Under the pieces are notes generated by a model. That model searched no databases, had not been told where the DNA came from, and saw only the letters and a program-made list of their open reading frames with translations. Shown in pieces: positions 10,266 through 20,733 of a DNA stretch of 64,000 nt. The DNA lies in NCBI GenBank assembly GCA_963723405.1, contig CAVRQF010000007.1, positions 138,801 to 202,800 on the forward strand, read 5' to 3'. The stretch is from an uncultured Actinomycetota bacterium (GTDB taxonomy: Bacteria > Actinomycetota > Thermoleophilia > Gaiellales > Gaiellaceae). The first letter of the stretch is position 1, and every line of letters begins with the position of its first letter. The position numbers and the translations under genes were made by a program.

Positions 10266-10790
10266 CTAGGTCGCAGCGAGCTCGCGCTTCACCGACCGCA
10301 GCTTGAACGCGACGAAGAGCTCCGTGATCCCGCGCGTCAGGGCGACGACCCCGACGTAGACGACGAGCAGGATCGCGCTCTGCCGGAAGCTTCCCGCGAC
10401 CCAGAAGGCCAGCACGATCTCGAAGATCCCGAGCACGAGCTGCAGCCACCAGAGGTCGAAGTAGCCCTTCGTGAAGAACGCGACCGTGACGTCGAAGATG
10501 CCCTTCACGAGCAGGAAGAAGGCGATCAGGGCGGCCAGGGTCGCGAACGCGTTGTGCGGGTGCACGAGCGCCCACAGCCCGGCGATGACGAAGAGCACGC
10601 CGAGGATCCCGTGCACGATCTTCCAGCCGGTCGTCCAGACCCCCATGCCGATGAACTCGTTCACGCCCGCGATGAGCGCGACGATCCCGAACAGGTAGGA
10701 GATCGCGTAGACGGTCGTGTAGTCCCACTGGAAGAGGAGCAGGGCGAAGACGAGCCAGCCGATCCCCGTCACGAGAAACAGCCACCACAT
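10266..10790 (-). CDS. HdeD/DUF308 family membrane protein
   Basis: Intact ORF of repeated TM helices: MWWLFLVTGIGWLVFALLLFQW...GILGVLFVIAGLWALVHPHNAFATLAALIAFFLLVKGIFDVTVAFF.... Confidence 0.8.
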   Translation of the reverse strand: MWWLFLVTGIGWLVFALLLFQWDYTTVYAISYLFGIVALIAGVNEFIGMGVWTTGWKIVHGILGVLFVIAGLWALVHPHNAFATLAALIAFFLLVKGIFDVTVAFFTKGYFDLWWLQLVLGIFEIVLAFWVAGSFRQSAILLVVYVGVVALTRGITELFVAFKLRSVKRELAAT

Positions 10791-10959
10791 GCCCGTCGCC
10801 GACTTCGAGAACCTCGCGCTCCTCGAACGTCATGTCCATCGCCTGCCTCCTTCGTCGGATCACGGCCTGACCCCTCGCCGGATCGTCGCAGACCGACAGG
10901 ACGGGCGGTTCGTTCGCCTCGAGGCATTCGAGGCGAACGACCTCCCGTCGCGGGCCAGG

Positions 10960-11354
10960 TCAGGCCAGGGCCTTGGCCTTCAGCTGGTCGAACTCGGCCT
11001 GGCTGATCGTGCCGGTGTCGAGCAGCGCCTTCGCCTTCGAGATCTGGTCCGAGGCGGAGTCCGACGAGCCGGCGACCGACTTCACGTATGAAGTCCATGC
11101 TGGCCTGCTGCGCCTGCGCCTTCTGCCTGCGCGCGCTCGCCCATCCCCTTTCCGTTGACGATCAGGTAGATGAAGATGCCGAGGAAGGGAAGGATGATCA
11201 CGAAGATCGTCCAGAGCGCCTTCGCCCCGCCGCCGATGTCGTGGCGGCTGAACAGATCGCCGAAGACCGTGAACAGGAGCCAGAAGAACAGGATCCAGGC
11301 GAAGAAGACGAACATCGTCCACATCACCTGGCCGAACGTGTACGCAAGGAGCAC
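10960..11354 (-). CDS. PLD-nuclease-N-terminal (PLDc_N) membrane domain + SHOCT domain protein, frameshifted
   Basis: ORF 11082..11354 reads MLLAYTFGQVMWTMFVFFAWILFFWLLFTVFGDLFSRHDIGGGAKALWTIFVIILPFLGIFIYLIVNG. The C-terminal SHOCT motif (ISKAKALLDTGTISQAEFDQLKAKALA) is in frame 10960..11322. Confidence 0.65.
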
Positions 11355-11379
11355 TTAACCCTCCTGGGGTCGGGAACGA

Positions 11380-12240
11380 TTATGAACTGCCGGAAGTATT
11401 GCCTGCCCCGGCAAGATACGTGCGGCGACCGGCGAGGACGGGCGAGAGCGCCGCGCAGGCGACGACGACCGAGGCGCTGAGCCCCAGCCAGAAGAAGAGC
11501 GCCATGAAGACGCCGAAGCCCGAGAAGTCCTTGGCGTACAGATCGATCCAGGGCGCCATCGCGAAGCTCGAGAGCAGCATGAGGCGACGATCCCGACGGA
11601 GGTCAGCGCCGCGCTCGCAACCAGGTCCCGGGTGCTGAGCTGCCCGTGCGTCAGGAACCGGGGCGCCCACACGAAGTAGGCGAAGAGCACGAGGAGCCAG
11701 GCCGGGGCGATGGCCGTGTTCGCCCACGGCGGATGCTCGGCGATCGCCGTCGTCTGGACGAGAAGCAGGGCGATCAGGCCGAAGAGGACGAGCAGCACGA
11801 GCGCGAAGCGGGCCTCGTCGCTCAGCCGCTCGGGAAGGTCGAGCCTCCACGCCCGCGCGTAGACGAGCTGGAGCACGCGGCCGAACCCGACGCCGAAGAT
11901 CGAGGACGGTGACGATCGCGAAGAGCGCGGTACCGAGCTCGTGGCTGCGATCGCCGGCGAGGACGCCGCGCAGCATGACCGCGGTCGGCCGGTTCAGGTC
12001 GTAGCGGGCGACGAGGTGGTTGGCAAGCGCCGTCGGGTTGCGCTCGAGGTAGTTCGCGAGCACGAGAATCGCCGGCACGATGCCGAGGAAGACGTAGAGG
12101 GCGAGAAGGAGAGACTGCAGCGGCCCGTCGATCCTGCGGTAGCGACGCCACCAGGAGACCGCGACGCTGCGGCGGGAAGCCTCGTCGCCGCCTCGCGCCC
12201 AGGCCCGGGCTCCGCGGGTCGCGCCCCGCACCCCGCCCAT
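11380..12240 (-). CDS. YihY/BrkB (virulence factor BrkB) family membrane protein, copy 1, frameshifted
   Basis: Pieces lie in at least 3 frames: RRIDGPLQSLLLALYVFLGIVPAILVLANYL, LQLVYARAWRLDLPERLSDEARFALVLLVLFGLIALLLV...FAYFVWAPRFLTHGQLSTRDL, and LLSSFAMAPWIDLYAKDFSGFGVFMALFFWLGLSASVVVACAALSPVL. Confidence 0.7.
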   Translation of the reverse strand: MGGVRGATRGARAWARGGDEASRRSVAVSWWRRYRRIDGPLQSLLLALYVFLGIVPAILVLANYLERNPTALANHLVARYDLNRPTAVMLRGVLAGDRSHELGTALFAIVTVLDLRRRVRPRAPARLRAGVEARPSRAAERRGPLRARAARPLRPDRPASRPDDGDRRASAVGEHGHRPGLAPRALRLLRVGAPVPDARAAQHPGPGCERGADLRRDRRLMLLSSFAMAPWIDLYAKDFSGFGVFMALFFWLGLSASVVVACAALSPVLAGRRTYLAGAGNTSGSS

Positions 12241-12302
12241 CGGCCCATTCTAGGAGTGCCGGCCGGAAGCGAACTACGGCCCGAGCCGGTAGCGTCCCCC
12301 TG

Positions 12303-13742
12303 ATGGGAGCGACCGAGACCGAAGACGGCGTCGAGACCGAGCAGGCGCAGCCGACCCCGGTCGCCCATTTCACGGTCGCCGAGCGCGCAGCTCGCGGCAA
12401 GGCCGCGCGCGCAGAGGTGCCGCGGTCCGCTCACGCCGAGTGGGAGCCGTCGCCGATCCGCGCCGACCCGGTCGAGCTGCTCGAGCAGCAGGGCGCGAGC
12501 CGCGTGCCCGAGCTCGTCCCGATCCGGTACGGGCGGATGCTCGTCTCGCCGTTCACGTTCTTCCGCGGCGCCGCCTACCTGATGGCGGCCGACCTCGCCG
12601 GATCGCCGCGCACGGGCCTCCACGCCCAGCTCTGCGGCGACGCGCACCTGTCGAACTTCGGCGGCTACGCCGCCCCCGATCGCAGGCTCGTCTTCGACAT
12701 GAACGACTTCGACGAGACGCTGCCCGGGCCGTTCGAGTGGGATCTGAAGAGGCTTGTCGCGAGCTTCGCCGTCGCCGGGCGGGACCGCGGCTTCGACGCC
12801 GCCCGCCGGCTGCCGATCAACCTCGCCGTCACGCCGGCCTACCGCGAGGCGATGGCCGAGTTCGCAGCGATGCGCACCATGGACGTCTGGTACTCCCGCG
12901 TGGACGTCGAGGATCTCATGGGCCGCGTCGGCTCCGAGGTGAGCGCCAAGGCGAAGGAGCGCTTCCATCGGAACGTCGCGAAGGCCCGCGCCAAGGACAG
13001 CCTCGCGGCGTTCAACAAGCTCACCGAGACCGTAGACGGCGAGCCGCGGATCGTCGGCGACCCGCCGCTCCTCGTTCCGGTCTCCGACCTTCCCGACGGC
13101 GACCAGGCGTGGAGTGCCGCCCGCGGCGTCGTCCGCAAGTACCGGGAGACACTCACGGGCGATCGCCGCCATCTGCTCGAGCGCTTCCGCATGGTCGACG
13201 GGGCCCGCAAGGTCGTCGGCGTCGGGAGCGTCGGGACGAGGGCCTACATCGTCCTCTTCCTCGGACGGGACGACGAGGACCCGCTCTTCCTGCAGATGAA
13301 GGAGGCCCAGGCATCGGTCCTCGAGCCGTTCCTCGGGAAGAGCGAGTTCGAGACCCACGGGGAGCGGGTGGTCGAGGGGCAACGTGTGATGCAGGCCGCG
13401 AGCGACATCATGCTCGGCTGGATCCATGTCAAGGGCCTGGACGGCGTTCCACGCGACTTCTACCTCCGGCAGCTCTGGGACTCGAAGGGCTCCGCCATCG
13501 TCGATGTGATGGAGCCGAAGACGCTCGAGGTCTACGGAAGGCTCTGCGGCCAGGCCCTTGCTCGAGCGCACGCACGCTCGGGTGATGCTGTCGCGATCGC
13601 GAGCTACCTCGGCACGAGCGACTCCTTCGACCGGGCGCTGGCGGAGTTCGGCGAGCGCTACGCGGACCAGAACGAGCTCGACTACGCCGCGCTCAGGGCT
13701 GCCGCCGACTCGGGTCGGATCGAGGTCCAGGCCGGTCTCTGA
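12303..13742 (+). CDS. DUF2252 domain-containing protein
   Basis: Intact 479-aa ORF: ...PRSAHAEWEPSPIRADPVELLEQQGASRVPELVPIRYGRMLVSPFTFFRGAAYLMAADLAGSPRTGLHAQLCGDAHLSNFGGYAAPDRRLVFDMNDFDETLPGPFEWDLKRL.... Confidence 0.85.
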   Translation: MGATETEDGVETEQAQPTPVAHFTVAERAARGKAARAEVPRSAHAEWEPSPIRADPVELLEQQGASRVPELVPIRYGRMLVSPFTFFRGAAYLMAADLAGSPRTGLHAQLCGDAHLSNFGGYAAPDRRLVFDMNDFDETLPGPFEWDLKRLVASFAVAGRDRGFDAARRLPINLAVTPAYREAMAEFAAMRTMDVWYSRVDVEDLMGRVGSEVSAKAKERFHRNVAKARAKDSLAAFNKLTETVDGEPRIVGDPPLLVPVSDLPDGDQAWSAARGVVRKYRETLTGDRRHLLERFRMVDGARKVVGVGSVGTRAYIVLFLGRDDEDPLFLQMKEAQASVLEPFLGKSEFETHGERVVEGQRVMQAASDIMLGWIHVKGLDGVPRDFYLRQLWDSKGSAIVDVMEPKTLEVYGRLCGQALARAHARSGDAVAIASYLGTSDSFDRALAEFGERYADQNELDYAALRAAADSGRIEVQAGL

Positions 13743-15199
13743 AGAGGCGGGTGCAGCGCCTCGAGCTCGCCGGGGTCGGCGAGCAGGTGGACGCGATCGC
13801 CCGGCTGGAGCTCGAGACCGCCGCTCGGACGGGTCGCGGCGCCGTCGCGCACGACGAGCGTCATCCAGGCGTGCTCGCCGAGCGGAAGCTCGCGGATCGC
13901 CCGGCCCGCGGCGCGCGAGCCCGCCTGAACGACGAGCTCGTGGGCGTCCTCCGGCTCCTCGGGGAGGCGGATCGAGAGCTCCCAGGGGAGAGCCGGCCGG
14001 TCGCGCATCGGGACGTGTAGGCGCCTCGCGACGGACGGCGACGAGCGTCCCCTGCGCCAGCGACCGAGACGAGCACGACGACGAAGACGACGCCGTAGAG
14101 ATGCGTCGGCGCCGTCGACGCCTTCGAGGACGGCGAACGCCGCGAGCAGGATCGGCACGGCGCCCTTCAGGCCGCACCAGGCGATGAACGCCCGCTCGCC
14201 CGTGTCAGCCGGGCCCGGCCGAGCGTGAGCAGGACGACGAGCGGCCGCGCGACGCAGCGCCATCCCGAGCGGCGAGCACGATCCCTCGAGCCAGGTACGC
14301 GGCCGGGAGCGAGCCGATCGGGATCGTCAGCCCGAGGAGCGACGAAGACGACGAGCTCGGCGAGGCTCGCAAGCGAGCCCGAGAACCGCTCGATCTCGCC
14401 CTTGTACGGGAGCCGCTCGTCTCCGACGACGATGCCGGCGATGAAGACGGCGAGGAAGCCGGACCCGTGGGCGAGCGAGGTCACGGCGTAGAGGGCGCCG
14501 GCCAGGACGAGCGCAAGCACCGGGTAGAGCCCTTCGCTCGGGAGCCGGAGGCCGCGAAGCGATCGGGATCAGGAGCTTCGCGCCGGCGAACCCGAAGGCG
14601 ACACCGACGGCCATCTCGATCGACGAACTCCCTCACGACGACGAGGAAGGAGCTGTCGGGCGTGGGTCGCGAGGTCGATCATCCCGACCATCAGCGCGAT
14701 CCCGGCCGGGTCGTTGAAGCCCGCCTCGCCCTCGAGGATCGTCCCCGAGCCGGCCGGCGACCTCGCGGCGCCCGAGCACGGAGAACACGACCGCGGGGTC
14801 GGTCGCGCGCGATCGCGGCGCCGACGAGCCCGGAGAGGATCCAGTGAAGCCGAGCGCGTAGTGGGCGAGCAGCGTGACGAGCCCCGCCGTGAGCGAAGGT
14901 GCCGAGGACGCCGATCGAGAGGATCGCGGCGGCCGAGGCCCGGAACCGGCGCCAGCCGATGTCGAGGCCGCCGTTGAAGAGGATCACGATCAGCGCGACG
15001 ACCGCGACCCGCTCCACCGTCTCGATCGGGAGCGTGTCGCAGGCGCGGCCAGAGCTCGGAGGCGGTCGCGGCGGCGAGCAGGAGGATCGCCGGGACCGGC
15101 ACCGGCACCCGTTCGGTCAGCTTCGTCGAGAGGACCGCGAACGCGAACCCGGCGGTGACGACCAGGATGATCGCTGACGAAGTCGCTGATCTCGGCCAT
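13682..15199 (-). CDS. Cation:proton antiporter (NhaP/CPA1-like) with C-terminal TrkA-C/RCK_C-like domain, heavily frameshifted; 3' end uncertain
   Basis: Fragments lie in at least 6 frames: MAEISDFVS + AIILVVTAGFAFAVLSTKLTERVPVPVPAILLLAAATASELWP, VVALIVILFNGGLDIGWRRF, ILEGEAGFNDPAGIALMVGMIDLA, MLALVLAGALYAVTSLAHGSGFLAVFIAGIVVGDERLPYKGEIERFSGSLASLAELVVFV, ERAFIAWCGLKGAVPILLAAFAV and ELVVQAGSRAAGRAIRELPLGEHAWMTLVVRDGAATRPSGGLELQPGDRVHLLADPGELEAL. Confidence 0.7.
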
Positions 15200-15472
15200 G
15201 GCAACGGAATGCCGACCAGACTTCCCGGCGCACCTCGGTGGACGCTAACACGCTGGGCGAGAGGGGTAGTTCGTCGCAGACCATTGCGTCCGCGCACGGC
15301 TCTCCGTATCCTGAAGGGGTCATGTCCGTGTGCCTGACCCTCATGCGCCGCACTGCCGGAACGAGCCCCATGTGCCCGCGCCGGCTCGCCGGCTCAGGGC
15401 ACCTGTAGGTCCGTCCGCCTCCTCGGGGCGCGGGCCTCGGTTCGGTTCACACCCGCGTTCCAAGGAGGAGAC

Positions 15473-16326
15473 ATGACATTCGCATCATCTAGTCAAAGCG
15501 CGATCCCAGCCGTGGAGGCCCGTGACCTCCGCAAGGAGTTCCGGCGCAAGGGCAAACGACGGCCGGTTCGCCCGGCGCCGCCGCGGTGGCGGCCCTCGAG
15601 GGCGTCACCTTCACCATCGCCCGCGGCGAGTGCGTGGCCGTGCTCGGGCGGAACGGCTCGGGGAAGTCGACGCTCGTCCGGCTGCTCTCGACGCTGCTCC
15701 TCCACGACGGAGGCTCGGCGCGGTCTTCGGCCACGACGCGTTCACGCACGCCCCGCGCTGTGCGGCGCCTCGTCAACCGCGTGTCGGTCGAGGCCAGTTC
15801 TTCAAGCGCATGAGCCCCGAGGAGAACCTCTCGTACGCGGCGCGTTTCTACGGCATGACGCCGGCGAGACGCGCGAGCGGATCCCCGCGATCCTCGAGCG
15901 GGTCGGGTTCCCGATCGAGCGCCGCGGGGAGCCGATGGAGGACCTCTCGCGCGGGATGCAGCAGAAGGTCGCGCTCGCCCGCGCGCTCCTCACCTCGCCC
16001 GTCCTGCTGCTGCTCGACGAGCCGACGACCGGGCTCGACCCGCGCTCGAAGCTCGAGGTGCAGGAGTTCGTCCGCTAGATCCGCAGCAGCACGACGCGAC
16101 GATCCTGCTCTGCACCCACGACATCGCCGAGGCCGAGGCGCTGGCGGACCGGATCGGGATCCTGGACGGGGGCGAGCTCATCTGCCTCGGCACGGCCGAG
16201 GCGCTCGGGCCGCTACGGCGCGACACGCTCGAGGGAGCGTTCTTCGCCGCCACCGGAAGCGAGTTCGCAGAGGAGGGAGACGAGGAGAGGGAGGTGTTCG
16301 ACGCTGATGCTCTCGGCGCGAGCTGA
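15473..16326 (+). CDS. ABC transporter ATP-binding protein (ABC-2/DrrA-like), frameshifted and with an in-frame TAG
   Basis: Walker A (GRNGSGKSTLVRLLSTLL) is in the 15586 frame. The signature and Walker B (LSRGMQQKVALARALLTSPVLLLLDEPTTGLDP) are in the 15473 frame. The H-loop region (ILLCTHDIAEAEALADRIGILDGGELI) is in a third frame. TAG at 16076-16078 interrupts EFVR/IR. Confidence 0.8.
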
Positions 16327-17123
16327 TCGGGCTTGCCGGCGTCGTCGAGCGCAACAGATATCTCGTCAGGCGGTACGCGTGGTGGGAGCTGGCGTGCTTC
16401 TTCTGGACGGTCGCGAACACGATCACGATCGTCTTCATCGCCAAGGGCGTCGAGGCGACCGGGTGCAGGTCGAACGTGAACGAGTGACGATCGTGCTGCT
16501 GATCGGCGCGGTCGTCTGGGCGTACCTCGGGATGCTCTTCGAGATCCTGACCGAGACGGTCGCCTGGGAGCGCTGGGAGGGCACGATCGAGTACACGTTC
16601 ATGGCGCCGCTCTCGCGGCCCGGCGCACCTGCTCGGCATGGGGGCGTTCGCGGTCGTCTACGGCATCGTGCGCGCCGGTGCTCCTGTTCGCGGTCGTCGC
16701 CGCGTTCTTCACTGTCGCTTCCCGAACGCGAACTTCGCCGCCGCGATCGTGGTGCTCGCGGTCGCGTCGTTCTCGTTCCTCGGCATCGGCATGATGACGG
16801 CCGTGCTGCCGCTGATCTCGCCGGAGAAGGGAGCCCAGCTCGGGTTCGTCGCGCAGGGGGTCATGCTCGTCGTCTCGGGCGTCTACTACCCGGTCTCGGT
16901 GCTGCCCGAGTGGATGCAGTGGCTCGCGATGATCTCGCCGGCGACGTACGCGCTGCGAGGGATGCGCGCGGCGATCCTCGACGGCGCCGGGATGGCAGTG
17001 CTCTGGGGAGACATCTGGCCGCTGCTCCTCATCGGCGTCGTCGCGGTGCCGCTCGGCCTCGAGGTGTTCCGCCAGGGCGAGCGCTACGCAAAGCGGCACG
17101 GCAAGCTGAAGCGCTCGGGGTAG
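16307..17123 (+). CDS. ABC-2 type transporter permease, frameshifted
   Basis: Pieces read ELIGLAGVVERNRYLVRRYAWWELACFFWTVANTITIVFIAKG, IVLLIGAVVWAYLGMLFEILTETVAWERWEGTIEYTFMAPLSRP, and ORF 16638..17123 (ANFAAAIVVLAVASFSFLGIGMMTAVLPLISPEKGAQLGFVAQGVMLVVSGVYYPVSVLPEWMQWLAMISPATYALRGMR...). Confidence 0.7.
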
Positions 17124-17237
17124 CCGTGAGGTGTAGGTGTCGGACACCGGGTCCTGTGCTCGCCGCGGCATCGGGGCTCGTACGGTGTCCGATACCTCTT
17201 GCCCCGACGCGGCCCTGCGGCCAGAATGCGCACACGG

Positions 17238-18276
17238 ATGAGCTACGCCGCCGCAGACGACCGCTACGACCACATGACCTACCACCGCTGCGGCCGCAGC
17301 GGCCTGAAGCTGCCGGCGATCTCGCTCGGCCTGTGGCAGAACTTCGGCGACGAGCGGCCGCTCGAGATCGAGCCGGGCGATCCTGCGCCGCGCCTTCGAC
17401 CTCGGCATCACCCACTTCGACCTGGCCAACAACTACGGCCCGCCCTACGGCTCGCGCCGAGGAGAACTTCGGCCGACGTCTTGCCAAGGACCTCGCGCCC
17501 TACCGCGACGAGCTCGTCATCTCGACCAAGGCGGGCTACGACATGTGGCCCGGGCCCGTACGGCGAGTGGGGCTCGCGCAAGTACCTGCTCGCGAGCCTC
17601 GACCAGAGCCTGCGGCGGATGGGCCTGGACTACGTCGACATCTTCTACTCGCACCGCTTCGACCCCGACACGCCGCTCGAGGAGACGATGGGCGGCGCTC
17701 GCGACCGCGGTCCGGCAGGGCAAGGCGCTCTACGCCGGCATCTCGTCCTACTCCGCCGAGCAGACCACGCGAGGCCGCCGGCGATCCTGCGCGAGCTCGG
17801 CGTGCCGCTCCTGATCCACCAGCCGTCGTACTCGATGCTCAACCGCTGGATCGAGGACGGACCTGCTCGACGTCCTCGGCGAGGAGGGCGTCGGCTGCAT
17901 CGCCTTCTCGCCGCTCGCCCAGGGGCTGCTCACCGACCGCTACCTCGGCGGCATCCCGGACGGACTCGCGGGCGAGCCGGCCCGGCGTCGCTGTCGCCGA
18001 CCAGCTCTCCGACGAGACGATGGCCAAGGTGCGCGCCCTCAACGAGATCGCCGCCGCGCCGCGGCCAGACCCTGGCGCAGCTCGCGCTCGCCTGGGTGCT
18101 GCGCGACCCGCGCGTCACCTCGGCGCTGATCGGCGCGAGCAGCGTCGCGCAGCTCGAGGCCAACGTCGCCGCGCTCGACAAGCCGTCGCTTCACGGCCGA
18201 CGAGCTCGCCGAGATCGACCGGTACGCGACCGACAGCGGCATCAACCTCTGGGGGCCTCGTCGAGCAGCGGAATGA
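17238..18276 (+). CDS. Aldo/keto reductase (YghZ/Tas-like), frameshifted
   Basis: Pieces in three frames: MSYAAADDRYDHMTYHRCGRSGLKLPAISLGLWQNFG, FDLANNYGPPYG, LVISTKAGYDMWPGPYGEWGSRKYLLASLDQSLRRMGLDYVDIFYSHRFDPDTPLEETMG, GKALYAGISSYSAEQT, LLIHQPSYSMLNRWIE, GCIAFSPLAQGLLTDRYL and TLAQLALAWVLRDPRVTSALIGASSVAQLEANVAALD. The stop TGA at 18274-18276 overlaps the next gene's ATG. Confidence 0.8.
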
Positions 18277-19134
18277 TCCGCTCGGCTCTGTTCGTGCCGG
18301 CGCACCGCGACGGCTGGGTCGAGAAAGCGATCGCTGCAGGCCCGGACGCCGTGATCCTCGACCTGGAGGACTCGGTCCCGGCGGACGAGAGGGAGAAGGC
18401 GCGCGAGCTTGTCGGCGCCCGGGAGTCGCGGCCTCACCGAGGCCGGGATCGCGGCGATGGTGCGCCCCGGCGAGCCCGGCGACCTCGCGCATCGCCGGTC
18501 GAAGGACTGTCGGCGCTCGTGCTCCCGAAGATCGACACGCTCGAGGACGTCGGCGCGATACGCCGAGCTGCGCTCCCGAGAGCGCCGGCCTCGTCGTCAC
18601 CCTCGAGACCGCGCCCGGCTACCTCGCCGCGCGCCGAGCTCGCCCGGGCCCCGCGGGTCGTCGGGCCTCTTCGCCGCGACCGGCAGGGGAGGGGACGCCC
18701 AGCGGGAGCTCGGCTACCGCCCCACCCCGGCCGGGCTCGAGACGCTCTACATCCGCTCGCACGCCGTGCTCGCCGCCCGGCGCTGCCCGGCTCCCCCACA
18801 TCCTCGCCGGGCCCTGGCAGGAGCTCGCCAACCTGGGCGGGCTCCGGTCGCAGGCGGCGAGCTCGACCGCAGACCTCGGGTTCACGGCGAGCCGTCCTGA
18901 TCCACCCGGCCGGCGTCGCGACGTCAACGAGATCTACAGCCCGAGCCGAGAGGAGCTCGACGTACCACCTGGGCCTCGCCGCGGCGTACGAGGAAGCGGA
19001 GCGGAGCGGCGTCGGCGCCGTCGACTACCGCGGCGACCACGTCGACGCCGCCCACTACCGAGCCTCGCTGGAGCTGCTCGAGGCGGCCCGGCGGCTCGGG
19101 TTTCTGCAACCGACGAGCGAAGGAGGCAACCTGA
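18273..19134 (+). CDS. HpcH/HpaI aldolase / citrate lyase beta (CitE-like) acyl-CoA lyase family protein, frameshifted
   Basis: Pieces read MIRSALFVPAHRDGWVEKAIAAGPDAVILDLEDSVPADEREKAREL, VLPKIDTLEDV, VVTLETAPGYL, VLIHPAGVAT/VNEIYSPSREEL and YHLGLAAAYEEAERSGVGAVDYRGDHVDAAHYRASLELLEAARRLG. They are spread over three frames, so the end is inferred from the next gene's start. Confidence 0.7.
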
Positions 19135-19588
19135 ATGGCCGGGAGGCACTACGAGGACTTCGAGGCTCGGTGACGTGTATCGGCACGCGATCCGGCGGAC
19201 GGTCACCGAGACCGACAACGTCTGGTTCTCTGCGCTGACCCACAACGCCCAGCCCCTTCACATCGACGAGGAGTTCGCCACGCGCCTCGATCCACGGGAC
19301 CCGGATCGTGAACAGCATGTTCACCCTTGCGCTCGTGGTCGGGATCAGCGTCGAGGACACGACCTTCGGCACGACGCTCGGGAACCTGGGCTTCGAGGAG
19401 GTCGTCTTCCCCGCCCCGGTCCGGCACGGCGACACGATTCACGTCGAGACGGAGGTGTCGCCAAGCGAGAGTCGAGGTCGCGGCCCGGAACCGGCATCGT
19501 GACCATGGAGCACCGCGGCTTCAACCAGTGCGATGAGCTCGTTTGCCGCTGCCGTCGCAACGCGATGATCACGCTGCGGGCCACCTGA
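19135..19588 (+). CDS. MaoC-like (R)-hydratase / dehydratase family protein, frameshifted
   Basis: AAGGAGG lies 8 nt upstream of ATG 19135. Pieces read MAGRHYEDFE..GDVYRHAIRRTVTETDNVWFSALTHNAQPLHIDEEFA, IVNSMFTLALVVGISVEDTTFGTTLGNLGFEEVVFPAPVRHGDTIHVETEV and GIVTMEHRGFNQCDELVCRCRRNAMI. Confidence 0.7.
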
Positions 19589-19604
19589 CTCGCAGGGGGA
19601 GCCT

Positions 19605-20572
19605 TCAGCGCGCGTCGCGGACGACGACCGTGTCCGCGAGGAAGTCCTGCAGGGCCCGCCGCCGGTCGGTGACGAGCGCAGGCAGGAACCCGAGGAACAC
19701 GATCGCGATCGAGAGCAGGAGCCCGACGAGCCGGACGAAGGCGCGGCCCGGGCCGAGGCTCCGCCCCGCGGCGTGAGCACGCGCAGGCGGACGAGCGCCA
19801 TGCCGGGCGTGCTCCCGGACACCGACCAGAAGAAGACGAAGTAGGCGATGACCGTGACCGCGAGCCCGACGCCGGAGAGGATCGCGTCGACCCAGGTCGG
19901 GAGCCCGCCGGCGAGCGAGGCGATCAGCGCCACGAGCGCAGCGCCGGCGAGGAACGCAAGGTTGACGAGCACAGCGTCGAGGGCGAGCGCGAAGCCGCGC
20001 GTCGCGAACCCGGCCTCGGCGGGCTCGGTGGTGCGGCGCGGCCGGCCGAAGAGGCGCCGCGGCCCGCGCTCGAGCGAGTCGTCCATCCCCTCGAGGCTCG
20101 ACCGCATCCGCCCGAGCGCGTCCTGCGCGGCGTCGCCGCTCTGCCGCATGAGCGCCGCCCGGACCGCCGGGCTCGCGAGGGTCTCCTCGAGCGCCCGCCT
20201 GAACGCCGGGCTCTGGAGCGCGCGGCCGACGAGCGCGTCCGCCTCCTCGCTTGCGAGCGCGGTCGAGAGCGCAGCCTCCAGGTCGGCGCGGCGTAGCGCC
20301 TCGCGCGCGACCCGCTCGATCACGTGGTTGTCGACGAGCGAGCGCGCCACGGCCTCGGGGAACGGGCCGGCGAGCAGCCGGTCGACGAGGTGCTCGATCT
20401 CGGGTGCGGCGAGCGCGCCGACCGCGGCGTCCTCGAGCTCGCGCCGCGCCTCGGCGCCTGCGCTCGACCGCAGCCCGGCCCGCACCGGATAGAGGACGAG
20501 ACGTGCCGTGCCGCGACCGGCGGCCGCGACCATGCCGTCGCGCTTCGGCTTCGGAGCGCTTGCCATGCCCAT
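19605..20572 (-). CDS. RDD family membrane protein with long N-terminal helical region, one frameshift near 19750
   Basis: ORF 19439..20656 reads ...GFATRGFALALDAVLVNLAFLAGAALVALIASLAGGLPTWVDAILSGVGLAVTVIAYFVFFWSVSGSTPGMALVRLRVL. The true C-terminus (AFVRLVGLLLSIAIVFLGFLPALVTDRRRALQDFLADTVVVRDAR, stop 19605-19607) is in another frame. The start is taken at an internal Met. Confidence 0.65.
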
Positions 20573-20733
20573 AGAGAAGCAGGTCGGACGCTCGAACGCG
20601 AGATCGTGTACTTTCTGCGGCGGTCGACGGCCCTCGCTGGTCGTCGCGAAGGGCACAGCTGCCCCGTCGCTCCGAAGGTGAGAGCGCGCGGGGCTTCTTG
20701 GCGTGGTCCGCAGGCGAAAGGAGGCAGGCGAAG

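Noticed and set aside
11994-14177. 727-aa minus-strand ORF
   Set aside because: It is antisense or out of frame relative to the intact DUF2252 gene and the antiporter 3' end. It has an Arg/Pro-rich low-complexity composition and no family motifs.
15300-15472. Possible riboswitch or leader in the 270-bp region upstream of the ABC transporter operon
   Set aside because: I recognised no conserved motif or convincing structure. It is probably just a divergent promoter region between the antiporter and ABC genes.
16307-19588. 1093-aa ORF, the longest in the track
   Set aside because: It is a chimeric open frame running through the ABC permease, AKR, CitE-like and MaoC genes. Most of it is Arg/Pro/Ala-rich out-of-frame translation, typical of stop-poor 70% GC DNA. 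Only short stretches coincide with the real frames.
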